Numbered from the stretch's first letter, positions 20,320 to 29,615 are shown. The stretch is 64,000 bases of DNA from Minisyncoccota bacterium (GCA_031413715.1 JANOFO010000007.1:90338-154337); one strand, 5' to 3'. Notes: generated by a model from the sequence alone, not told the origin. Program-made: numbers and translations.

Positions 20320-20526
20320 TTATGGGGAATTACCTGCTGACGCTAGTAAATCCTCCGCATTCTGTGGTTTTGGTGGTTTAAAGTGCTGTTTAATCTGTAG
20401 CCTGACGAGGAATAAAGCCAGTTCATATAGATTTTTGGCAGTTTTCTCTAAATCCTGTTCTGGAACTTTTGAATTGATTCTTTTCAGGTGTTCTATTATT
20501 TTTTGGACTTCTTCTGTGTTAAACAT
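20320..20526 (-). CDS. small hypothetical protein immediately upstream of the recombinase (candidate accessory or directionality factor)
   Basis: 68-aa ORF on the same strand, 11 bp from the recombinase track start; no motif recognised. Confidence 0.3.
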   Translation of the reverse strand: MFNTEEVQKIIEHLKRINSKVPEQDLEKTAKNLYELALFLVRLQIKQHFKPPKPQNAEDLLASAGNSP

Positions 20527-20598
20527 AAAAAATCCCCTGTTGGGGACTTCTTGAAGTCTATACTTTGAGTTTCTTTTAAGGTCCTAACTCATCCTAAT

Positions 20599-21327
20599 TC
20601 AGTAGTTTCTAAACACTGCTGGTTCTTGTTGGCGAAACAAGGATTGATTTATACCTTTTATTTTTAACTTCCTATTCAAATTAGCTACCAAATTTGAAAT
20701 TGATTTTTTCTCCCTCCCTCCCATTTTAGTATATTCATCTTTTTCACCTTTAATTGTTTCCCAGATATCACCATAGCTAACAGGTATTTTAGGTTTTGGT
20801 TTAAACATGATTTCACAGAAATAAGAATAATTTGTATTTGGATAAATCTTTAATTTTCTTTTACCAATAATAATTTCATTGTTTATATAATATGACTTTA
20901 GGTTAGATTTATAAATGCCTATATTTAATAATGTTTCAGTTTTTTTTAAAAATAATTTCCAGTTATATATTTCCAAAATCAATGAATCTTCATCATCTTC
21001 CAAGTAAACTCCTGAAACAGGGTTGATATCTTCTTTGGTCTGGGATACAATTTCATCCCCAATTTTAGTAATTGTTCCATTTAGAATATTTATCCATATT
21101 GACTCAGGATTAACTTCCCCTATATTCTGGTTTAGATATTGAATAAAATGCCTTGCCTCAGCTTTATTAATAGAAGATTCTTTTAGAGTATCAAAAGGTA
21201 TTTTCACTACCAAAGGCTCTTGTGTTGGAAATAGTACAGACTGTTCTTGAATCATTTTAAGCAACAGAGCTATTTGCTCTTCTTGGTGTAGGGTCAAGCT
21301 ATTTTCTTTCATACTTAAATAATACAT
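20599..21327 (-). CDS. hypothetical protein (element cargo)
   Basis: 242-aa ORF in AT-rich cargo; no motif recognised. Confidence 0.4.
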   Translation of the reverse strand: MYYLSMKENSLTLHQEEQIALLLKMIQEQSVLFPTQEPLVVKIPFDTLKESSINKAEARHFIQYLNQNIGEVNPESIWINILNGTITKIGDEIVSQTKEDINPVSGVYLEDDEDSLILEIYNWKLFLKKTETLLNIGIYKSNLKSYYINNEIIIGKRKLKIYPNTNYSYFCEIMFKPKPKIPVSYGDIWETIKGEKDEYTKMGGREKKSISNLVANLNRKLKIKGINQSLFRQQEPAVFRNY

Positions 21328-21589
21328 ACAAAAAGCAATAAAACAAAGCTTCTTTGATTTTTAGGTAAATAGAGGTAAAATGAAAGCATAATTTAATATA
21401 TAAAGTAGCCTAAACCTTTAGAAATAGAGGCATGGTGAAAAAACCAGTCAAGCATAAAGAACCTATCATATAGGGTTGCCTTGACTGGTCATATCTGGAA
21501 ACGGATATGGGGAGCGAAAGCTCTCACCTATGTGGTAGGCTTTTTGCGTCTTACCATGGGCTTATTATTAAAACGCAGAAAGAATCTTT

Positions 21590-22201
21590 ATGAAAAAATA
21601 TATTACAATTTTATTTTTAGCAGTATTAATAACCCCTTCAATTACTTTTGCTTCTTGGTGGAATCCTTTTTCTTGGTCAAAAGATTCCAAACAAGCTATA
21701 GATGTTATTGAGCCAACATTAATTCAAGCAACTGATAAATCCACCTCAGTAATTGAAACAAAACCTAAAGAAATTAAAGTTATTGAAAAAATAGTAGAGA
21801 AGCCAGTTATTCAGACTATTTCAGTTCAAGACCCTGCTTTACAGAAACGGATTAAACAACTGGAGTTAGAAAACCAAGAACTTAAATTACAGATAGAAAA
21901 ACTAAAGGCTTTACAACAACAAGTGCAAACACAAAAAGAAGAGATTGAATCATTAAAAAGTGTACCAGTCTTTTCAAAAGATAAAGAATGTGAGGAAGCA
22001 AAAGAATTCATTAATTCTACTGGTGAAAAAGTAACTGATTTAAGAGAACGGCAAGCAAAGGAAATTGCTGATTATATGAAGAACGGAATAAAATTGCAAA
22101 AAGACATAGACGCAATAAAAAATAAGTACCGTACAGAAGGAAGCCAAATTGACAAAAAAATCAAATCAGCTAAAGATAAAATTCAACTTTATTGTGATTA
22201 G
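21590..22201 (+). CDS. secreted coiled-coil protein
   Basis: Signal peptide MKKYITILFLAVLITPSITFASW, then a charged, Gln/Lys/Glu-rich coiled-coil-like region. Confidence 0.5.
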   Translation: MKKYITILFLAVLITPSITFASWWNPFSWSKDSKQAIDVIEPTLIQATDKSTSVIETKPKEIKVIEKIVEKPVIQTISVQDPALQKRIKQLELENQELKLQIEKLKALQQQVQTQKEEIESLKSVPVFSKDKECEEAKEFINSTGEKVTDLRERQAKEIADYMKNGIKLQKDIDAIKNKYRTEGSQIDKKIKSAKDKIQLYCD

Positions 22202-22235
22202 AAACTGTTGATTCTATCTAATTCTATCTACTTTT

Positions 22236-22552
22236 AAAAGACCCCTGAAAAGTGTTAAATAAACCAAATTAACCTAATTTAAAAAGACCTCAAAAAGTGT
22301 GTATTAAGCAAATTAAGCGAAATCTTTTTTGCTACTAAAACTTGGTATATATACCTAAATTAACCTAATTCTAGGATATTCCTCTAAACTGCTTATTTTA
22401 CAAATTTACCAAAATCATTTCTGGTCTCTAAAAGTGGTATTTATAGCAAATATAGCAAATCTCTTTTTGGGTCTGAAAAGTGTTAATTATATCAGTCTAA
22501 TCAGAATTTCTCTGGTGTCCAAAACTGCGAATTATATCAAAAGTATCAAACC
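22236..22552. repeat. about six degenerate direct repeats, 45 to 50 bp period, iteron-like
   Basis: Units share a core GGTCTnnAAAAGTGnTAnnTATAnC, for example gacccctgaaaagtgttaaataaacc, ggtctctaaaagtggtatttatagc, ggtctgaaaagtgttaattatatc and ggtgtccaaaactgcgaattatatc. They lie directly upstream of the CDS starting at 22590. Confidence 0.5.
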
Positions 22553-22589
22553 TTAAATTGGACTTTTAAATAGGCTTTATTGGTGTATA

Positions 22590-24107
22590 ATGCAAATTAT
22601 GTCTTCATACATTAAATCAATAAAAATTACTGAATTTGAAGGAGCTTTAGACCAGACTCTGGAATTTGAAGCGGGCTTAAATATCTTGAGCGGAGAAAAT
22701 GGAACTGGTAAAACAACGGTATTAAAGAAAATTAAAGAATTTGCAGGAGGTAATAATAGCAATTTAACTTTACTTTCTGACATTTCAGATATAACACTAC
22801 CAAACCAACTCAGTATTTACGCTCTTAGCCCAAAGAGAAATTCAGAAAAGAAGACTATAAATAATACTTTTTCACATCTCCGTTCTATAAGCAAAACGAT
22901 GGATACGCAGCTTGAGGAATTAAGAAATAGAGCAATTAACGATAATACTTTTGAAGCATATCCATCATTTGGAGAGTTATTTATTTTATATTTTGATGAA
23001 AAATGCAAAGACGGTGGAGAGCAAATTGGAAAGATGAATGAGGTAACTACTGAATTTAATAATCTTATACAAAAGGTTTTTCCTGAGTACTCCTTTGTTT
23101 CAAGTTGGGATTCCGTGTCTGGAAGACCAGATATAAACCTTAAAATCAGCAACCGCTCTCCCCTTAGTTTAGATAAATTAAGTTGTGGACAACAGGAAGT
23201 TCTGTCTTTGATATTTAACATTTATACTTCAAAGGGAAAATATAATATCTATTTAATTGATGAGCCTGAAATACATTTAAACTGGAACTTAGAAAAAGGA
23301 TTATTCCAATTTTTGGATTGGTTCTGTGTAAATCACAATAAGCAAATTATTACAGTTACTCACTCACGTACTATCTTTGAAGAACCATTTTATGAAAAGG
23401 CGAAGTTTTTGGTTTGGGAAGATGTAGTTATAAAATATCAAAGTGATATTTCTGATGCTCAGCGTGAAGCTATTGTAGGAGAATTAGCAGCAACCATAAA
23501 TGTTGTTGCTCCTACTTCTAAGACTTTCTTTGTTGAAGATAAAATGCATGAATTTGTTATTGATACTATTGCTCAAAAGCTAGGTAAAGTAATCTCAACA
23601 GTTAAGTGTGGAAACTCTGCAAATGTAAAAAGTTTCTATGGACTATCAAAAGATAAAAGTAGTGCTTGGAAAGAACATGGCTATTATGTTGTTGATGGAG
23701 ACAATGAGGGTAATCCTTTTCCAGGAGAACCAAGGTTTATCCACTTAAATAAATATTCCATTGATTCATATATATTTAACTTAGAGTTGCTTTCTGAGGT
23801 TCTAAATAAGACAGTTGAAGTTATACAAACAGAGATATTGTCTGTAATGCAGACAAAGAAATTAGCTATTTTTTCAAAAGGTAAAAATGCAAAATTTGGA
23901 CATGCATTGATAGACAAAATGACAAGCGATTACATAACAGAAGCACATTTGGCACTTGTAGATTGCACAGAAATTTTAGAAGGCTTTGCTCAATTACAAG
24001 GTAAATCATCGCAAGACTTGTTTGTAGAATATATTGAAAAGGCAAATCAAAAAGGAACATTGAATAGTATTTTTGACTCAGAACTTATTGACGTAATAAA
24101 TGCTTAA
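22590..24107 (+). CDS. OLD-family / PARIS-like ABC ATPase fused to a TOPRIM-like (DUF4435-like) C-terminal domain
   Basis: Walker A LSGENGTGKTT, ABC signature-like LSCGQQ, Walker B/D-loop IYLIDEPEIHLN and H-loop ITVTHS. The C-terminal FFVEDKMHEF...YVVDGDNEG fits a TOPRIM Glu followed by a DxD motif. Confidence 0.6.
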   Translation: MQIMSSYIKSIKITEFEGALDQTLEFEAGLNILSGENGTGKTTVLKKIKEFAGGNNSNLTLLSDISDITLPNQLSIYALSPKRNSEKKTINNTFSHLRSISKTMDTQLEELRNRAINDNTFEAYPSFGELFILYFDEKCKDGGEQIGKMNEVTTEFNNLIQKVFPEYSFVSSWDSVSGRPDINLKISNRSPLSLDKLSCGQQEVLSLIFNIYTSKGKYNIYLIDEPEIHLNWNLEKGLFQFLDWFCVNHNKQIITVTHSRTIFEEPFYEKAKFLVWEDVVIKYQSDISDAQREAIVGELAATINVVAPTSKTFFVEDKMHEFVIDTIAQKLGKVISTVKCGNSANVKSFYGLSKDKSSAWKEHGYYVVDGDNEGNPFPGEPRFIHLNKYSIDSYIFNLELLSEVLNKTVEVIQTEILSVMQTKKLAIFSKGKNAKFGHALIDKMTSDYITEAHLALVDCTEILEGFAQLQGKSSQDLFVEYIEKANQKGTLNSIFDSELIDVINA

Positions 24108-24158
24108 GGATGAATTCTCTAGATGTTTCTTTATGTAAAATTATGGTAAAATACAAAG

Positions 24159-24872
24159 ATGGAAACAGCAAGCCCTATTATAGTGGTTAGTACAGCAATT
24201 CTTACAAGCTTTTTTACATATTTTTTTACTTTCAATCAATACATAAAACAACGGCAAAGAGAAGAAGTAAGAAAAACATATATTGAAGATGGTATAGGTA
24301 GAGTAATGCAAGTCACAGAATCAGTTTCTCAGGCTTGTTATTTTAACTTTACAAAAGTAATTAGTGCACTAGATATTCTAGAAAGAAATTTTGGAGGGAA
24401 AGAGATTGAAAAAGAAATTTTAAATAATATTTTTCTGGAAATGCAAGATGTAAAAGTTGCCCCAGATTATGGAAATCTAAAATTGGCAATTTTTGATAAC
24501 CAAACCCTTATTATATGGGTAATTCAATCTTGGGCAGAATATCAAAAACTAAACGAATATCTAAGGCATTATATATTTCAAGAATTTAAAGCATACTTAA
24601 ATGATTCAACTTTATCCGAAGATAAGAGAAAAGAATTTTTGATTAAATTGAGAGAACAAGTTCGCAATCATTGGAACAGAGTAATTAACAACAATGAAAT
24701 ATTAAGGGGTCAGTTATTGTTACTACAAGTTGAAGCTGATAAAGCAAATATTTCAAATATTCAGGAGATAGATAACCTAGCAAAGAAAGAAGGGGTTTTA
24801 AAAGTTTTAAAAGCCATAGAAGATGGATATAAAAAAATTAAAGATAATCCAGTAGATATTACAACACTTTAA
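24159..24872 (+). CDS. hypothetical membrane-anchored protein downstream of the ATPase
   Basis: 237-aa ORF with an N-terminal TM helix, 52 bp after the ATPase stop on the same strand. Confidence 0.4.
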   Translation: METASPIIVVSTAILTSFFTYFFTFNQYIKQRQREEVRKTYIEDGIGRVMQVTESVSQACYFNFTKVISALDILERNFGGKEIEKEILNNIFLEMQDVKVAPDYGNLKLAIFDNQTLIIWVIQSWAEYQKLNEYLRHYIFQEFKAYLNDSTLSEDKRKEFLIKLREQVRNHWNRVINNNEILRGQLLLLQVEADKANISNIQEIDNLAKKEGVLKVLKAIEDGYKKIKDNPVDITTL

Positions 24873-25036
24873 AATTCAACTTCTAATTCCTAACATTTAA
24901 ATACCATTAAGGGAAGAGACTGGAAGTAGTTCTTGTTGGATAACCCTGTAATTTAAAGGTTTTTCAAAGTTAGAGATTATCTTTTCCAGCTCCTTAAAGA
25001 AGTTTACATAGGGTTTTGAGTCTGGTATCATTAAGG

Positions 25037-25085
25037 TCACACATACTTAAAAATCTGCACTGCTGCAGGTTTTTAAGTATGTGTG
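25037..25085. terminator. perfect 17-bp-stem hairpin between convergent genes
   Basis: tcacacatacttaaaaa ... tttttaagtatgtgtga around a 15-nt loop containing ctgcag palindromes. Confidence 0.4.
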
Positions 25086-25254
25086 AAAACGCAGGTATAA
25101 TTTTTCAGAAGAAAAATTGCCGAGTTGGGGTCGCGAGTACTTACGTAGAATTTGAGCAAAGCGAAAATTATACTTAGTAACTTGTGACCACATAGATTAG
25201 TACCTGTAAGGTTCGATAAGCGTACTCGCGGTCCCCATAGCTCACAAAGAAATT

Positions 25255-26394
25255 TTATTTACTATTTAACCCTCCAAAAGATGGGAAGTTGTGTACGTCG
25301 TAATCTTTTCTTATGTTTCGAAGATGTAATTTAATCGCCTTGTTATAGGTAAAACTTTTATCAAGAAGCAATTTTGCACCTTTAACGATTTCTGGAATCT
25401 TTTTTTCAATAAGATCATCTGCAACACAAGCCACTCTTTTACCCTCTCTCAAGAGCCTGTCACATTCTTTGGTTCTATTATCAAGAGAGGGGTATGAATT
25501 ACACTTAGGAAGAACCGAGTAAAATGGAACATCATTTAGGAAATATAATGGCCAACGACAGGTAGCAATTTCTAACCATGGCGTATCAACAAGAAAAGCA
25601 AGAAATGCAAAACCAGTATGTGGGGAAAGAAATATATCGCATTTTTCTATTAACGCTATCTGATTCCATAGACCGATATTGTATGCAGACTCCGCATTTT
25701 TAAGATGCTTGACCAAATAGTCTATATCATTCAAAGTAAAATCTTTTGTGAAAGTTCTATGATGGTCACTTTTGGTGATACCCGTAAAGTAAATTTTAAG
25801 ATTTGGTATTGCCTTTTCTAATGCCAAACAGATTTTAAGCCACATTTCAACAGACGGACTTTGCCTTAATCCTTTAGCGCCTCCAAGCATGATTACAACT
25901 GTAGGGCCACGATGCTTAAACTTCTTTGTGAATGTTTTTGCTTTTGTTGGAATAGGAAGGGTAATTTTTTGATTTGATACAGCCGGTAGAATACTACCTT
26001 CATTGTCTCCGTTTTGCTTAACATAGCCCTTTGCAATCTTGGCAACAAATATTTTATGTAACACTTCTTGAGTTTTTACTAACTCTGGTCTGTCGCTTAC
26101 TTTTACCAGTCGACCCGCTCGATTATCAGTACTTATATAATCCCAATTTTTGGGAATCCTTTGAAGACATTTTGCCTTTTCTCCGTCCTTGAAAACCTCA
26201 TCCGTTGAAATGGAATATGTTTTCTTAATCCATGGACATGCGTCTGCGAGTTCTGTCGGCGTATTAGCATTGAGCAACAAATATACATCAAGATTTTTGT
26301 TAGCGAGCGAATAACCCTTGGCAAGTTTTAATGCTTCAACTGCGTGCCCGACGGGTGGGTAGTATACCCAGTTAAGGAGTAGTTTTTTCTTCAT
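25255..26394 (-). CDS. glycosyltransferase family 9 (heptosyltransferase-like)
   Basis: VVIMLGGAKGLRQSPSVEMWLKICLAL and CDIFLSPHTGFAFLAFLVDTPWLEI resemble GT9 C-terminal motifs (KrWP...; DSGpmHlAaAlg.P). Confidence 0.55.
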   Translation of the reverse strand: MKKKLLLNWVYYPPVGHAVEALKLAKGYSLANKNLDVYLLLNANTPTELADACPWIKKTYSISTDEVFKDGEKAKCLQRIPKNWDYISTDNRAGRLVKVSDRPELVKTQEVLHKIFVAKIAKGYVKQNGDNEGSILPAVSNQKITLPIPTKAKTFTKKFKHRGPTVVIMLGGAKGLRQSPSVEMWLKICLALEKAIPNLKIYFTGITKSDHHRTFTKDFTLNDIDYLVKHLKNAESAYNIGLWNQIALIEKCDIFLSPHTGFAFLAFLVDTPWLEIATCRWPLYFLNDVPFYSVLPKCNSYPSLDNRTKECDRLLREGKRVACVADDLIEKKIPEIVKGAKLLLDKSFTYNKAIKLHLRNIRKDYDVHNFPSFGGLNSK

Positions 26395-26732
26395 GAGACA
26401 ATTATATCAAATCATGCGTATTTATCTTAGTTGTAAAATTGTGATAATTCTGATCTATGAGATAAAAATGTGAAAATACGCTTATACTACCAATAATCGG
26501 GTTCCAATTTGCACTAATATTAGGATCACAGATTTTAGCTTATATTATATAGCTCTATTCAAGTCGAAAGGCCTTGACTTTTGGGCTTATTTATGCTATT
26601 GTTCAAAGATAGGAGTGGATCTTTAACAAAATTTGTTTTCGAGATTGTTGCGAGAGTAGTTTTCGGCTTCCCTTTTTGCGAAGGTTAGAGCTACTCTCGT
26701 AAACAATCAAATTAAAAACAAAAAATAAACTT

Positions 26733-27236
26733 ATGACACCTGCAACAACTCCAGCTACAACAACTGGAACACCTACTCATCATGCAGCAGTACCTGCAAC
26801 CCCTGACAAAAAAAGTTATGGAGGCCTTGTGCTACTAATGGTAGTAATTGTAATTTTAATTATTATTTTACAATCAATACCTGGTAAAAAAACGACCAGG
26901 AGAGATACTCTGAAAAAACAACTTACTACTGTAGTACAACAAACATTTGATACCTATCCCCCAATTGATCCTCAAACCTTTGAGATCAATGGATCATTTT
27001 CAGAAAAGAAAATAATCCGGGACGGATATTATGTATCATTTGTATGTAATCAGCCGTATCAGATACGGAAAAGTAATGATAAATTAGTGGAAAGCGAAGC
27101 AAATAAATCTGCAAACATTGGTCTGTATAAGGCCGAGGAATCAATCGAAAATTCGCTTCTTGAATTCCGCACATTAAATGATGCGACCACAACAATGACA
27201 CTCATTTTCACACCGATGAAAATCAAAAAACACTAA
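26733..27236 (+). CDS. hypothetical membrane protein (Thr/Pro-rich N-terminus, one TM)
   Basis: MTPATTPATTTGTPTHH..., then the hydrophobic helix LVLLMVVIVILIIIL. Confidence 0.4.
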   Translation: MTPATTPATTTGTPTHHAAVPATPDKKSYGGLVLLMVVIVILIIILQSIPGKKTTRRDTLKKQLTTVVQQTFDTYPPIDPQTFEINGSFSEKKIIRDGYYVSFVCNQPYQIRKSNDKLVESEANKSANIGLYKAEESIENSLLEFRTLNDATTTMTLIFTPMKIKKH

Positions 27237-27241
27237 GAATT

Positions 27242-28111
27242 ATGAAAAAATTAGCCAAAGAGATAGTTTTCCATAAATGGAGTAACTATCTGACAGCAGT
27301 TTTGATATCATTCCTGCTGTTTATAATCCTGTACTTCGTCCTGTACGGAAGGATACAGAGTAAAATTGAAACAACTCATATAGTAGATCTCGTAGCTTTC
27401 TTTGGACTCCTTGCTGTAAGCATTGGAGCAGTATATGGATCAAAGCTAATTTCTCCACCGAGGAGAAAGAGGCATCTCATTGACATTTTCGGTGAAGAAA
27501 CTGAAGTGTGGATCACCGGAACAACCCGGTTCGGCTTTTATCTTTTCCATTTCGATATTGGTAGCCAGACAATTAGTGTTGAAGAAGATGAAATAATCGT
27601 TACCACTATTTGCGCCGATAGAAAAGGCAAACTAATAGAGATGAGATTAAGCGGCGTATGGAGAGTAGGTAAACATAACTGGCAAATGACTAACTTCAAA
27701 AAATTAGATGAGAATAGACAAGAGAATGAAGTAATTTTCAGTAACATGCTTGACAGAGCCAATGTTAGGCTGGGAGGAAGGAAAGAATTCTGGTCTCAGA
27801 TTCATGGAAAAGATTTACACAAGAGTATCCTCAACGATCCTATTTTCGTGGAGGATAAAAATGACTACGGCATAGAATTCCCATCACTATCATTGACTGT
27901 CAAATCAGCCGATCAAGCTACCGACAATTTCAACGCTCAGTATGATCGTGAGCTGGCGAAGTATATGTCCAAATACCCAATAGGTTACAAATTTACTCAC
28001 AAAGAATTAAAAGAAGCGAGTGATTTGATATTTGCTAAATTGGGTCGAGCTAAAATGCTTATTGTCAGAGGCGGAGCTATCGTACGAACTGATGCTGATG
28101 CATTGATGTAA
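27242..28111 (+). CDS. hypothetical membrane protein
   Basis: 289-aa ORF with two N-terminal TM helices; a 5-bp gap after the upstream ORF suggests an operon. Confidence 0.4.
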   Translation: MKKLAKEIVFHKWSNYLTAVLISFLLFIILYFVLYGRIQSKIETTHIVDLVAFFGLLAVSIGAVYGSKLISPPRRKRHLIDIFGEETEVWITGTTRFGFYLFHFDIGSQTISVEEDEIIVTTICADRKGKLIEMRLSGVWRVGKHNWQMTNFKKLDENRQENEVIFSNMLDRANVRLGGRKEFWSQIHGKDLHKSILNDPIFVEDKNDYGIEFPSLSLTVKSADQATDNFNAQYDRELAKYMSKYPIGYKFTHKELKEASDLIFAKLGRAKMLIVRGGAIVRTDADALM

Positions 28112-28140
28112 ATTAATTTGATCTTTTAGAGTTATAAAAT

Positions 28141-28178
28141 AAAGAAGCGCACGGTCTTACCGCAAGCGCTTCTTTTTT
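28141..28178. terminator. bidirectional rho-independent terminator between convergent genes
   Basis: aaagaagcgcacggtcttaccgcaagcgcttcttttttat: a GC-rich stem with an A-run 5' and a T-run 3'. Confidence 0.6.
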
Positions 28179-28186
28179 ATATCCAC

Positions 28187-29374
28187 TTATTTTTTATATT
28201 GTATAGCAATCCAATAATCGAAATTGCCTGTTACCGGTGGAGATTGGGTATAATATTGTTCTTCAAGAGAAAGCGCGCCCGCGTCATAGAGCGTAGAAGT
28301 ACTGGTAAGGCCTTTCAGCCTTGCAATCTCAATAAGAGCATTTCTTATAGCTTTTCCACGAGCTTTGCTGAGATCTTTGTCTACTCCCGAGTCCACTACA
28401 CGCCAGTACGTGGAATCAGATACATAGCTGTTAACGAGTGGGTTCGGCTTTGTACTTCGATCAGCTGGAGTTGGAAGTACTTCCGGCGCAGTAACTTCAG
28501 CCAGATTACAGTCATTGACAGTACCAGCGCCCAAGGGTCCTCGGACATCCCACCAGACATAGTAGAGCTTGGTTGATGGATCGTACATAGTCTTCCTATC
28601 ATAGACATGAGGATAGTCTAGACGGTCAGCAGGCGCAATACCGCTTGCTGCTATATATTTGGCTCTGGCATCAGCTCGTATGATTTGAAGGGCTTTATAC
28701 TCAGTACTATCACTTGCTGTGACTACTGCCTGCCAGCAAACTGTTGGTTTTTGTATATAGACCTTTGTAAATGGATTTGTTGTATACGTGCTAGCCGGCA
28801 ACTGTGGTGTGCTAGGAGCAATCCCTGGGGTCTGTGTAAGCGAACCACTAGATGTGAATATATCTTGGCCGGTGTTAGGTGAATTAGGAACATTGGTAGT
28901 GGGAGGAGTGGTGCCATCAACAGTATAGTCCCCGCTATTTTTGTTTATCTTAATATTCTTTACACCCAAGGTATCCAAGATTATATTCATAATCCCAAAT
29001 ACTGCCACCATAATAAAGAGTCCGATCACTCCCCAGAGCATATGAGATTTGCTTTTCTTCCGGATTTCCTCGCTATTGGGCGAAAGAAAGTACTGAGCTA
29101 CTCCATAAAGAAAGTAGGTCAAGGCACATGCAAAGAGAAAGAGAATAATCGGGTTGATGATAACCCTATTGATACTCATCATAAGCGTTTTCACGCTTGC
29201 CTCTGCAACCGGAATGAACTGGAAATCCATAAAGTTCCCTATTATATTATGGACAGAGTATGCCAGCAGATGGGATAGGGACACATGGTATATCACTCTG
29301 ATTGACTCTCGCACCTGTAACACCAAATGTACTTTGGAAGACTGCAATGATACCCCAGAAAGCCAAGATGACAA
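28187..29374 (-). CDS. pilin-like (TrbC/VirB2-like two-helix module) protein with a Thr/Pro-rich extracellular region; paralog 1
   Basis: N-terminal module ...ILFLFACALTYFLYGVAQYFLSPNSEEIRKKSKSHMLWGVIGLFIMVAVFG... is shared with four neighbours. The likely true start is the ATG at 29182 or 29179, because the track start overlaps the upstream paralog. Confidence 0.5.
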   Translation of the reverse strand: MSSWLSGVSLQSSKVHLVLQVRESIRVIYHVSLSHLLAYSVHNIIGNFMDFQFIPVAEASVKTLMMSINRVIINPIILFLFACALTYFLYGVAQYFLSPNSEEIRKKSKSHMLWGVIGLFIMVAVFGIMNIILDTLGVKNIKINKNSGDYTVDGTTPPTTNVPNSPNTGQDIFTSSGSLTQTPGIAPSTPQLPASTYTTNPFTKVYIQKPTVCWQAVVTASDSTEYKALQIIRADARAKYIAASGIAPADRLDYPHVYDRKTMYDPSTKLYYVWWDVRGPLGAGTVNDCNLAEVTAPEVLPTPADRSTKPNPLVNSYVSDSTYWRVVDSGVDKDLSKARGKAIRNALIEIARLKGLTSTSTLYDAGALSLEEQYYTQSPPVTGNFDYWIAIQYKK

Positions 29375-29615
29375 AGAGTCCGATAAGACCCTGGATGATC
29401 ATGCCGCGGGCTTTCTTTTTTTTCTCCTCATCGGTTGAAAGAGTGTATTGTATGACACCCCAGATAAAATAGACGACGGCAAGAGTAATGAGTACAGGAA
29501 TTATTCTGTTTAGAATATTAGCTGTAGTACTGATAATATCGAAAAATGTTACCGCTGAAACACTGAGTGGGGCTATGACAGCTGTTATAGCACCGATTGA
29601 AATGAATTTCTTCAT
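29247..29615 (-). CDS. pilin-like two-helix module protein; paralog 2
   Basis: ...IIPVLITLAVVYFIWGVIQYTLSTDEEKKKKARGMIIQGLIGLFVILAFWG... Confidence 0.5.
   Translation of the reverse strand: MKKFISIGAITAVIAPLSVSAVTFFDIISTTANILNRIIPVLITLAVVYFIWGVIQYTLSTDEEKKKKARGMIIQGLIGLFVILAFWGIIAVFQSTFGVTGARVNQSDIPCVPIPSAGILCP

Larger units (their letters stand above)
18657..25242. mobile_element. putative integrated element 1 at tRNA-Glu (right boundary uncertain)
   Basis: The serine recombinase gene's 3' end sits inside the tRNA-Glu 3' half. The cargo is AT-rich and of unknown or defence-like function. Hairpin and inverted-repeat structures at 25037..25242 are candidates for the far end. Confidence 0.35.
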
